Origin: Candidatus Eiseniibacteriota bacterium
GTDB taxonomy: Bacteria > Eisenbacteria > RBG-16-71-46 > DASYSL01
DNA: 52,850 nt
Direction: 5' to 3'
Assembly: GCA_046598045.1 (NCBI GenBank)
Contig: JBKJJJ010000012.1
Span: 1-52,850 of the forward strand
The number at the start of each line of letters is the position of its first letter. The stretch's first letter is position 1. The notes beneath the pieces are model-generated. The model ran no database searches. It saw nothing but the letters and a program-made list of their open reading frames with translations, and was not told the DNA's origin. Below are positions 40,202 to 49,238 of this stretch, piece after piece. Position numbers and translations under genes: made by a program.

Positions 40202-41329
40202 ATGGCCAGGCGAATGTGGCTGATGTTGCTTGTGGTCGGGCTGTTCATCGCCGCCATCGGCACGTACAAGTTCCTGCAGATCCGCGCGGCGATCGCGTCG
40301 GGTTCTTCCTACTCGCCGCCGCCCGAGGCGGTCACTACCGTGGTCACGAAGTCCGAGAACTGGTCCACCAGCCTCGCGGGCATCGGCAGCGTCGAGGCCG
40401 TGCATGGCGTGACGGTGAGCGCAGACCTCGCGGGCGTGGTGCGCAGCGTCGAGTTCCAGTCGGGTCGCAACGTGGCCGCGGGGCAGACGCTGGTGCGGCT
40501 CGAGACCGGGCAGGAGCAGGCCGGGCTCAGGCAGACCGAGGCGCAGCGGGACCTTGCGAATCTCAACCTCGAGCGCGCGAAGAAGCTCCTCGCGAAGAGC
40601 CTGATCGCGCAGGCCGAGTTCGACCGGATGCAGGCGGAGGCGCGCGTCGCCGACGCGAACGTGGCCGCGATCCGCGCGACGATTGCGCGCAAGACCGTGC
40701 GCGCGCCGTTCTCGGGCGTGCTCGGGATCCGCCAGGTCGACCTCGGGCAGCGCGTCAACGAGGGCGACCCGATCGTGTCGCTACAGGCCATCGACCCGGT
40801 GTACGTCAACTTCTCGCTGCCGCAGACGGACGTGGCGCAGCTCAAGACCGGCACGCCGGTGCGCGTCACCGCCGACAGCGGCCGCGGCCTCGATCTGCCG
40901 GGCACGATTACGGCGATCAATTCGGTGATCGACGAGAACACGCGCAACATCCAGGTCCAGGCCACGCTGCGCAACCCGGGCGGCCGCCTCAAGCCCGGCA
41001 TGTTCGTGGATGTCGCGGTCGAACTGGCCGGCACCGAGCAGGTGATCGCGCTGCCCTCGTCTTCCATCAACTTCGCGCCCTACGGCAACTCGGTCTACGT
41101 GGTCTCGGAGCTGAAGAACCCCAAGGGGAAGGCGTACAAGGGCGTCAGCCAGCGCTTCGTCAAGACCGGGCGCGGCCGCGGCGACCAGGTCGCGATCCTC
41201 TCGGGCCTCAAACCCGGGGAGGAGGTCGTCACCTCCGGCGTGTTCAAGCTGCGTCCCGGCGCCGGCGTCGTGGTCAACAACAAGATCCAGCCGTCGAATT
41301 CGCCCAACCCGCGCCCCGAGGACAGCTAG
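40202..41329 (+). CDS. RND efflux periplasmic adaptor (membrane fusion protein)
   Basis: N-terminal TM; VRAPFSGVLG, LKPGMF, SGLKPGEEVVTSG; RBS AGGAG. Confidence 0.93.
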   Translation: MARRMWLMLLVVGLFIAAIGTYKFLQIRAAIASGSSYSPPPEAVTTVVTKSENWSTSLAGIGSVEAVHGVTVSADLAGVVRSVEFQSGRNVAAGQTLVRLETGQEQAGLRQTEAQRDLANLNLERAKKLLAKSLIAQAEFDRMQAEARVADANVAAIRATIARKTVRAPFSGVLGIRQVDLGQRVNEGDPIVSLQAIDPVYVNFSLPQTDVAQLKTGTPVRVTADSGRGLDLPGTITAINSVIDENTRNIQVQATLRNPGGRLKPGMFVDVAVELAGTEQVIALPSSSINFAPYGNSVYVVSELKNPKGKAYKGVSQRFVKTGRGRGDQVAILSGLKPGEEVVTSGVFKLRPGAGVVVNNKIQPSNSPNPRPEDS

Positions 41330-44300
41330 ATGCGCCTGACCGACCTGTTCATCCGGCGGCCGGTGCTCGCGGTCGTCGTCAACCTCATCATCCTCATCGC
41401 CGGGCTCCAGTCGATCCGCTCGCTGAGCGTGCGGCAGTACCCGCGCACGGACATCGCGCTCATCACGGTGACGACGGTGTACGTGGGCGCGAACGCGGAC
41501 CTCGTGCGCGGCTTCATCACCACCCCGCTCGAGCGCGTGATCGCCAGCTCCGACGGCATCGACTACCTCGAGTCGTCGAGCGCGCAGAGCGTGAGCACGA
41601 TCACGGTGCACCTCAAGCTCAACTACAACACCAGCTCGGCGCTGACGCAGATCCAGGCGAAGGTGGCGCAGGTGCGCAACGACCTGCCGCCCGAGTCGCA
41701 GGCGCCGGTCATCGAGCTGGTGTCGTCCGACGTGCAGTTCGCGGCGATGTACCTCGGCTTCTCGTCGAAGGACCTCGACCAGAGCCAGATCTCCGACTAC
41801 CTCACGCGCGTGGTCCAGCCCAAGCTGAGCTCGGTGCAGGGCGTGCAGCGCGCCGACATCCTCGGCGGACGCACGTTCGCGATGCGCGTCTGGCTCAAGC
41901 CCGACCGCATGGCGGCGCGCGGCATCTCCGCGTCCCAGATCCGCGACGCGCTGGCGGCGAACAACTACCTGTCCACGCTCGGCCAGACCAAGGGCACCAT
42001 GGTGTCGGTCAACCTGGTCGCGAACACCAGCCTCAAGACCGCGGACGAGTTCAAGAACATGGTCATCAAGACCGACAAGGGCACGGTCGTGCGCCTCGGC
42101 GACGTCTCCGACGTCGTGCTCGGGTCGGAGAACTACGACCAGGACGTGCGCTTCAACGGCGAGTCGGCGACGTTCATGGGCATCTGGGTGCTGCCGAACG
42201 CGAACTCGCTGGACGTGATCCGGCGCGTGCGCGCGGCGCTTCCCGGCATCCAGGCGCAACTCCCGGTCGGCATGAAGAGCGGCGTGCCCTACGACTCGAC
42301 GATCTACATCCAGGACGCGATCAAGGAAGTGCTCAAGACGCTCGCCGAGACGCTGCTGATCGTCATGATCGTGATCTTCCTGTTCCTGGGTTCGGTGCGC
42401 GGCCTGATCATCCCCGTGGTGGCGATCCCGATCTCGCTCATCGGCGCGGTCTTCCTCATGAACACGTTCGGCTTCACCATCAACCTGCTGACGCTGCTCG
42501 CGATCGTGCTCTCGGTGGGGCTCGTGGTGGACGACGCGATCGTCATGGTGGAGAACATCGAACGCCACATGCATGAGGGCCAGAATCCGCTCCAGGCGTC
42601 GCTCGCCGCGGCCCGCGAGCTGATCGGGCCGATCATCGCGATGACCATCACGCTGGTGGCGGTCTATACCCCGATCGCGCTCCAGGGCGGCTTGACCGGA
42701 TCGCTGTTCCGCGAGTTCGCGTTCACGCTCGCCGGCGCGGTGACGGTCTCGGGCATCGTCGCGCTCACGCTCTCGCCCATGATGGGGTCGAAGCTGCTGC
42801 GCGCCGGCGACACCGAGAAGGGCTTCGCGGGCTGGATCAACCGACGCTTCGAGAGCGTGCGCCAGACCTACTCGCGCACGCTCGCGGGCACGCTCGACTA
42901 CCGCCCGGTCGTGCTCACGCTGTGGGGCATCGTCGTCCTCTTGACCGTGCCGTTCTACCTGTTCTCGCAGCGCGAGCTCGCGCCGACCGAGGACCAGAAC
43001 GTCGTGTTCGGCATCGTGCAGGCCGCGCCCAACGCGACCCTCGACCAGACGACGCTCCACACCAAGGAGATCAACGACGTCTACGAGCGCATGCCCGAGC
43101 ACAAGAACACGTTCCAGATCATGTTCCCGAGCGGCGGCTTCGGCGGCATGGTCACCAAGCCGCGCAGCGAGCGCAGCAAGAGCACGTCGCAACTGCAGGT
43201 CGAGAGCTCGATCGGCATGTCGCAGATCGCCGGCCTGCGCGTGATCTCGGTCGTGCCGCCGGCGCTCCCGGGCGGCGGCAGCTTCCCGGTGGACCTCGTG
43301 ATCACGAGCACCGCCGAGCCGGACCAGCTCGCGGCGTTCGCGAACCAGCTCGTCGGCAAGGCGTTCGCCAGCGGCATGTTCATGTACGCGGACACCGACC
43401 TCAAGTTCGACCAGCCGCAGACCGAGGTCGTGTTCGACCATGACAAGGTGCGCGCGCAAGGCGTGGACATGGCGCAGGCGGGCCGGGATCTCTCGACCAT
43501 GCTCGGCGGCAACTACGTCAACCGCTTCAGCATCCAGGGCCGCAGCTACAAGGTGATCCCGCAGGTCAAGCGCGCGGAGCGCCTGACGGCCGACCAGCTC
43601 TCGGACATTCGCGTGCTGGGCGCGGGGGGCAAGCTGGTGCCGCTCTCGACGTTCGCGACGCTGCGCACCTCGACCGAGCCGCGCGAGCTCAAGCGCTTCC
43701 AGCAACTCAACGCGGTGCACATCCAGGGCGCGATCCCGCCGGGCGTGCCGCTCGACAAGGCGCTGAGCTACCTCGAGGGCGAGGCCAAGAAGATCCTGCC
43801 GCCGGGCTTCACGCTCGACTACGCCGGCGAATCGCGCCAGCTGCGCACCGAGGGCAGCGGGTTCCTCGCGATCTTCCTGCTGGCGGCGATCCTGATCTAT
43901 CTCGTGCTGGCGGCGCAGTTCGAGAGCTTCCGCGACCCGTTCGTCATCCTCGCCGGGTCGGCGCCGCTGGCGGTGTGCGGCGCGCTCATGTTCTCGTTCC
44001 TCGGCTTCACGTCGCTCAACATCTACAGCCAGGTCGGGCTGATCACGCTGGTGGGGCTGGTCTCCAAGAACGGGATCCTGATCGTCCAGTTCGCGAACCA
44101 TCTCCAGGAGACGGGCATGGCGAAGCTGCAGGCCGTGATCGAGGCCGCGACGACGCGGCTCCGGCCGATCCTGATGACCACGGCCGCCACGGTGTTCGGC
44201 CACCTGCCGCTCGTGTTCGCGCGGGGTCCCGGCGCGGGTGCGCGCAACAGCATCGGCATCATGCTGGTGTCGGGCATGATCATCGGCACGCTGTTCACGC

Positions 44301-44410
44301 TGTTCATCGTGCCGTCGATCTACATGCTGGTCGCGAAGACGCACAAGGCGGTGGCGGAGGACGAGGAGCCGGAGGCGGTGGCCACGCACTCGGTGCCGAC
44401 GCCGGCGTAG
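41330..44410 (+). CDS. RND efflux permease (AcrB/MexW-like)
   Basis: FIRRPVLA, GLVVDDAIVMVEN, AQFES, KNGILIV, RLRPILMT. Confidence 0.96.
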   Translation: MRLTDLFIRRPVLAVVVNLIILIAGLQSIRSLSVRQYPRTDIALITVTTVYVGANADLVRGFITTPLERVIASSDGIDYLESSSAQSVSTITVHLKLNYNTSSALTQIQAKVAQVRNDLPPESQAPVIELVSSDVQFAAMYLGFSSKDLDQSQISDYLTRVVQPKLSSVQGVQRADILGGRTFAMRVWLKPDRMAARGISASQIRDALAANNYLSTLGQTKGTMVSVNLVANTSLKTADEFKNMVIKTDKGTVVRLGDVSDVVLGSENYDQDVRFNGESATFMGIWVLPNANSLDVIRRVRAALPGIQAQLPVGMKSGVPYDSTIYIQDAIKEVLKTLAETLLIVMIVIFLFLGSVRGLIIPVVAIPISLIGAVFLMNTFGFTINLLTLLAIVLSVGLVVDDAIVMVENIERHMHEGQNPLQASLAAARELIGPIIAMTITLVAVYTPIALQGGLTGSLFREFAFTLAGAVTVSGIVALTLSPMMGSKLLRAGDTEKGFAGWINRRFESVRQTYSRTLAGTLDYRPVVLTLWGIVVLLTVPFYLFSQRELAPTEDQNVVFGIVQAAPNATLDQTTLHTKEINDVYERMPEHKNTFQIMFPSGGFGGMVTKPRSERSKSTSQLQVESSIGMSQIAGLRVISVVPPALPGGGSFPVDLVITSTAEPDQLAAFANQLVGKAFASGMFMYADTDLKFDQPQTEVVFDHDKVRAQGVDMAQAGRDLSTMLGGNYVNRFSIQGRSYKVIPQVKRAERLTADQLSDIRVLGAGGKLVPLSTFATLRTSTEPRELKRFQQLNAVHIQGAIPPGVPLDKALSYLEGEAKKILPPGFTLDYAGESRQLRTEGSGFLAIFLLAAILIYLVLAAQFESFRDPFVILAGSAPLAVCGALMFSFLGFTSLNIYSQVGLITLVGLVSKNGILIVQFANHLQETGMAKLQAVIEAATTRLRPILMTTAATVFGHLPLVFARGPGAGARNSIGIMLVSGMIIGTLFTLFIVPSIYMLVAKTHKAVAEDEEPEAVATHSVPTPA

Positions 44411-44428
44411 TTCCGGGGCTGGCAACGG

Positions 44429-44465
44429 AAAGGGCGGCGCTCCGCGGGGAGCGGCCGCCCGTTTT
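44429..44465. terminator. Bidirectional intrinsic terminator
   Basis: AAA-GGGCGGCGCTCC...GGAGCGGCCGCCC-GTTTT between convergent genes. Confidence 0.7.
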
Positions 44466-44481
44466 CGTTAGCGCCTGTTGG

Positions 44482-45714
44482 CTACGCACTCGGCGCGGGC
44501 ACGGTCCCACGCGTCGACGACCAGAACACGCCGAAGCACAGGACCGCCAACGCGCCGGCGAAGAAGAACGCGGCGCCCGGCAGGTACGGCCGGGCGGCGG
44601 TCGCCGAGAAGTGCCCGAACAGCTGCGTCATCACCACCGGTCCCACGATCGAGCTCAGCGAGAACAGCCCCGCCACGGCGCCCTGCAACTCGCCCTGCGC
44701 GTTCGGCGGGACGCGCCGCGACATCAGTGCGTTCGTGTTCGGCATCACGGTCGCGCCCAGGAACCAGGTCGCGAGCCACGCGAACATCATCCAGCCCTGG
44801 GTGGCGAGCCCATAGCCGACGTACCCGACCGCGGCGACCGCGATGCCGAGCAGCGCCGAGCGCCGCTCGCCGAGGCGCGGGGCGAGCATGCGCAGGAACA
44901 CCACCTGGCTGATCACCATGACCAGCCCGGCGAGCGCGAGCGACGCGCCGATCATCGCCTCGGACCAGTCGAAGCGGAGCTTCGTGTAGTAGGACCAGGT
45001 CGCGGGCATGACCTGGTTTGCGAGCTGCCACAGGAACAGCGCGGCGAGCAGCCCGAGCACGACCGGGTAGCGGCGCATCTGGGCGAGCGTCCCGACCGGG
45101 TTCGCGCGCTTCCAGTCGAACGCGCGGCGCTTCCCGGGCGGCAGCGACTCGGGCAGCACGAAGAACCCGTAAACGAAGTTGCACACGCTCAGGATCGCGG
45201 CTGCGAAGAACGGCGCGCGCGGACCGAGGCTGCCGAGCAGCCCGCCGATCGCCGGGCCGAGGATGAAGCCGACGCCGAACATCGCGCTCACCATGCCGAA
45301 GCTCTGCGCGCGCTTCTCGGGCGGGGTGATGTCGCTCACGTAGGCGTACGCGGGAGTGAACGACGCGCCGGCGATGCCTGCGATCGCACGTCCGACGAAC
45401 AGCCACGCCAGCGTCGGCGCGAATCCCATCACCAGGTAGTCGATGCCGAGCGCGCCCACGGCGAACAGCAGCACCGGCCGGCGCCCGAAGCGATCGGAGA
45501 GGTTGCCGAGCACCGGCGCGCACAGGAACTGCGTGAGCGCGAACACGAACGCGAGCCACCCGCCGTCGAGCGCGACATGGCTGACCGTGTCGCCCGTCAA
45601 CTGGACGAGCAGGCGCGGCAGCACCGGGATGATCAGCCCGAACCCAATGGTGTCGAGCAGGACCGTGATCGCGATGAACCACAACGCGTTCTTGCCGGGA
45701 GTTCTCGGGGGCAT
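44482..45714 (-). CDS. TetA-like (DHA1/TCR) MFS transporter
   Basis: LDTIGFGLIIPVLP, motif A GNLSDRFGRRPVL, motif C GFILGPAIGG, QGELQG. Confidence 0.9.
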   Translation of the reverse strand: MPPRTPGKNALWFIAITVLLDTIGFGLIIPVLPRLLVQLTGDTVSHVALDGGWLAFVFALTQFLCAPVLGNLSDRFGRRPVLLFAVGALGIDYLVMGFAPTLAWLFVGRAIAGIAGASFTPAYAYVSDITPPEKRAQSFGMVSAMFGVGFILGPAIGGLLGSLGPRAPFFAAAILSVCNFVYGFFVLPESLPPGKRRAFDWKRANPVGTLAQMRRYPVVLGLLAALFLWQLANQVMPATWSYYTKLRFDWSEAMIGASLALAGLVMVISQVVFLRMLAPRLGERRSALLGIAVAAVGYVGYGLATQGWMMFAWLATWFLGATVMPNTNALMSRRVPPNAQGELQGAVAGLFSLSSIVGPVVMTQLFGHFSATAARPYLPGAAFFFAGALAVLCFGVFWSSTRGTVPAPSA

Positions 45715-45936
45715 GGACGTCCTAGGACCTGCCTGAACGACGATCGACAGTAGGTGTGGTGACTTGAAACCTGCGCGAAATCCTGACGGGCTTCATGGGC
45801 TCCCTCTCGTTTGAAATCGATGAAGTGCGGACCATGGGGCATTCCGCGCCGACGGTCAACCCGCAGGGAAATCCCCGCTTGCGCGGAAACGGACTTGAGC
45901 ATTGCCAGCGCCGCCGGATTCGACCAAGCTCCCGCC

Positions 45937-46920
45937 ATGCAATACACCAATCTGGGCCGCACCGGTCTCGTCGTCTCCCGCCTGGCGCTCGGCTGCATGA
46001 GCTTCGGCAGTTCGAAGTGGCGTCCGTGGGTGCTCGACCCGGACGACGCGTTGCCGTTCTACCGCCGCGCGTTCGAGCACGGGATCAACTTCCTCGATAC
46101 CGCCGACATGTACTCCGCGGGCGCGAGCGAGGAGGTGACCGGCCGCGCCGTGCGCGAGTTCGGCAAGCGCGACGAGCTGGTGGTCGCGACCAAGGTGTTC
46201 TTCCCTTTCGGCGATCGCCCGAACATGGGCGGCCTCTCGCGCAAGCACATCGTACAGGGGTGCGAGGACAGCCTGCGCCGGCTCGGCCTCGACGCGATCG
46301 ACCTCTACCAGGTGCACCGCTTCGACCCGAAGACGCCGATCGACGAGACGCTGTCCGCGCTCGACCAGCTCGTGCGCCAGGGCAAGGTGCGCTACCTGGG
46401 CGCGAGCTCGACCGCGGCCTGGCGGCTGATGCAGGCGCTGAGCGTTTCCGAGCGCAACGGTTGGGCGCGCTTCGTCTCGATGCAGAACCACTACAACCTG
46501 GTCTATCGCGAGGAGGAGCGCGAGATGATCCCGCTCTGCCTCGAAGAGGGGCTGGGCGTGGTGCCGTGGTCGCCGCTCGCGCGCGGGATGCTCACGGGCA
46601 GCCATCGCCGGGGCGAGGCGCCCGCGACAGCGCGCGGGGGCAGCGACGACTACACGCCGCGGCTGTACGACACGCCGGGGGACTGGGACGTGGTCGATGC
46701 GGTGCGCGCGGTCGCCGAGGCGCGGGGCGTGTCCATGGCCGAGGTCGCGCTGGCGTGGCTGGTCTCGCGGCCCGGCGTGACCGCGCCGATCGTCGGGGCG
46801 ACCAAGCTCGCGCACCTCGACACGGCGGTCAAGGCGCTCGAGCTCACACTCAGCGCGGACGAGGTCGCGCGCCTCGAGGCGCCGTACCAGCCCCATGGCG
46901 TGCGCGGGTTCACGGGATGA
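45937..46920 (+). CDS. Aldo/keto reductase
   Basis: [56 protein letters not shown]. Confidence 0.95.
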   Translation: MQYTNLGRTGLVVSRLALGCMSFGSSKWRPWVLDPDDALPFYRRAFEHGINFLDTADMYSAGASEEVTGRAVREFGKRDELVVATKVFFPFGDRPNMGGLSRKHIVQGCEDSLRRLGLDAIDLYQVHRFDPKTPIDETLSALDQLVRQGKVRYLGASSTAAWRLMQALSVSERNGWARFVSMQNHYNLVYREEEREMIPLCLEEGLGVVPWSPLARGMLTGSHRRGEAPATARGGSDDYTPRLYDTPGDWDVVDAVRAVAEARGVSMAEVALAWLVSRPGVTAPIVGATKLAHLDTAVKALELTLSADEVARLEAPYQPHGVRGFTG

Positions 46921-47360
46921 ACCGCGCCGGGGCGGCGCTCGTGCTCGCGAGCTCCCTCGCGGGCGCGCTCGGCCTCGCGGGTTGCTCCCACATGCCGCGG
47001 CCCGACGGGCTGCCCGAGGTTCCCGGCGAGCCGCACGCGTCGGATTCGTACGAGCCGTTCGAGAAACCCGTGGTGGGAGAGGCGTCGTACTACGGCAAGG
47101 AATTCGAGGGCAAAAAGACCGCGAGCGGGGAGCGCTACCACGGCGATGAACTGACGGCCGCACACCGCACGCTGCCGTTCGGGACGCGCCTCAGGGTCAC
47201 CAACCTGGCGAACGACAAGAGCGTCAAGGTGGTGGTCAATGACCGCGGCCCGCATCGTCGGCACCGCGTGATCGACCTGTCGCGCCGCGCTGCGAAGGAA
47301 CTCGGCATGCTGCAGAGCGGCGTCGCGCGCGTGCGCGTCGAGATCCTCGAAGAGGACTAG
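46917..47360 (+). CDS. rlpA: RlpA-like septal ring lytic transglycosylase lipoprotein
   Basis: Lipobox [37 protein letters not shown]. Confidence 0.92.
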   Translation: MNRAGAALVLASSLAGALGLAGCSHMPRPDGLPEVPGEPHASDSYEPFEKPVVGEASYYGKEFEGKKTASGERYHGDELTAAHRTLPFGTRLRVTNLANDKSVKVVVNDRGPHRRHRVIDLSRRAAKELGMLQSGVARVRVEILEED

Positions 47361-47465
47361 CCGCGCAACCCTGGCCCGACCCGCGCCCGACCCCAAGCGC
47401 AATCTTCGGGACGCCCGATTTTGGATCCGCGAACAGCGGGGGATGCGCGTGGTATCTTCCCGCAC

Positions 47466-49079
47466 ATGAATCCCCGCCGACTGCTCCCCGCCATCGCCGT
47501 GCTGGTGCTGTTCGCCGCCGTGGTCGCGCACAGCGCGACCTCGCTCAAGGACCCCGAGGCCCGGCGCTGGCTCGAGCACGTGCGCTTCCTCGCGAGCGAT
47601 GCCATGCGCGGCCGGCAGACCGGAAGCCCGGAACATCTCAGGGCGGCCGAGTACGTCGCGGCCCGCTTCAAGGCGCTCGGCCTCGCCCCGGGGGCCAATG
47701 GTTCCTATCTCCAGCCCGTGCCGTTCGTCTCGCGGCGCGTGCTGGAGGACGGGTGCCGGCTCTCGCTGGTGTTCGCGGACCATGTCGAGCCGCTCATCCT
47801 CGGCCAGGATGCGACGCTCCAGATGTCGTGCGAGCCGACGGACTCGATCGAGGCGCCGCTGGTGTTCGTCGGCTACGGGATCTCCGTGCCCGAGCAGGGC
47901 TACGACGAACTGGCGAAGGCCGACCTCAAGGGCAAGATCGTGGTCTACATCCAGGGCGGCCCCGCGTCGGTCACCGAGCCGCGGCGCTCGCAGGCCCAGT
48001 CCTCGGGCGAGCGCTGGGCGCGCCTGCGCGAGGCGGGCGCGCTCGGCGTGATCGCGATCCGCAATCCGCACCGCGGCGACTTCCAGTGGGACCGCTCCGC
48101 CGCGCAACGCTTCGGCCCCGCGATGAGCCTGGCCGATGCCGATGTGGACGAGCGCCAGGGCCAGCGCTTCGGCGCGAACTTCAATCCGGAGCGCGCGCAG
48201 AAGCTGTTCGCCGGCTCGGGACACGACGCCTCCGACCTGCTCGCGCTCGCGGACAGCGCGGCCGCGATGCCCGTGTTCGCGCTCCTGCCGCGCCTGCGCG
48301 CCAGGACCACGTTCGAACAGCACCGCATCGAGTCGCAGAACGTCGTGGCCGTCCTGCCCGGCAGCGATCCCGCGCTGCGGGACGAGTACGTCGTGCTGAC
48401 CGCGCACCTCGATCACCTCGGCGTCGGCGCGCCGGTCGCCGGGGACTCGATCTTCAACGGGGCGATGGACAACGCGTCGGGCGTCGCCTCGCTGCTCGAG
48501 GTCGCGCGCGCGCTCGCGCCTGCCGGCCGGCGGCCGGCGCGGAGCCTGCTGTTCGTGTGCGTGACCGGCGAGGAGAAGGGCCTGCTCGGCTCGTACTACT
48601 TTGCGCACCGACCGACGGTCCCCATGACGAGCGTCGCCGCGGACGTGAACGTGGACATGGTCCTGCCGATCGTCCCGCTCCGGTACATGATCGTCCATGG
48701 CGAGGCCGAGTCCGACCTCGGCGACACGGCGCGCGTGCAGGCCGCGGCCGTCGGCATCACCGTCGTGCCCGATCCCGAACCGCTGCGCAACCTGTTCATC
48801 CGCAGCGACCAGTTCAATTTCATCCGGGCCGGCGTGCCCTCGATCGCGCTCTCGGCTGCGGCCTTGCCGGGCTCGCCCGAGGATTCGCTGCTGCATGCGT
48901 GGACCCGCACCCGCTACCACGAGCCCTCCGATGATCTCGCCCAGCCGATGGATCCGGGGGCGGCGGGAGACCTGATCCGCTACGTCACCCGACTCACCGC
49001 GGCGGTCGCAAATGCCCCTGCCCGCCCGCGCTGGAAAGACGGCAGTTTCTTCCGCCGCTACGCTGCCGGAACCCCGTAG
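47466..49079 (+). CDS. M28 family metallopeptidase with PA domain
   Basis: Signal peptide; LASDAMRGR, VFVGYG, AHLDH, GAMDNASG, GEEKGLLGS, RSD, YHEPSD. Confidence 0.92.
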   Translation: MNPRRLLPAIAVLVLFAAVVAHSATSLKDPEARRWLEHVRFLASDAMRGRQTGSPEHLRAAEYVAARFKALGLAPGANGSYLQPVPFVSRRVLEDGCRLSLVFADHVEPLILGQDATLQMSCEPTDSIEAPLVFVGYGISVPEQGYDELAKADLKGKIVVYIQGGPASVTEPRRSQAQSSGERWARLREAGALGVIAIRNPHRGDFQWDRSAAQRFGPAMSLADADVDERQGQRFGANFNPERAQKLFAGSGHDASDLLALADSAAAMPVFALLPRLRARTTFEQHRIESQNVVAVLPGSDPALRDEYVVLTAHLDHLGVGAPVAGDSIFNGAMDNASGVASLLEVARALAPAGRRPARSLLFVCVTGEEKGLLGSYYFAHRPTVPMTSVAADVNVDMVLPIVPLRYMIVHGEAESDLGDTARVQAAAVGITVVPDPEPLRNLFIRSDQFNFIRAGVPSIALSAAALPGSPEDSLLHAWTRTRYHEPSDDLAQPMDPGAAGDLIRYVTRLTAAVANAPARPRWKDGSFFRRYAAGTP

Positions 49080-49238
49080 AAACCGGTTTGGCCCGCATCT
49101 GGCGCGGGTTTGTGGGGCATTCCGCGGGCCCCCGGGGCCGTGCTAGACTTGTTGCCGGACTTTCATCGTGGTTTCGATTCGGGCCCGCCCGCTCTCATTG
49201 GAAACCGGCACACCATCCCTGCTCTGCCCGGGAGATCC

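Noticed and set aside
45795..46916. 521-aa ORF implying a long N-terminal extension on RlpA
   Set aside because: Off-frame overlap with the aldo/keto reductase; the true start is ATG 46917 with a lipoprotein signal
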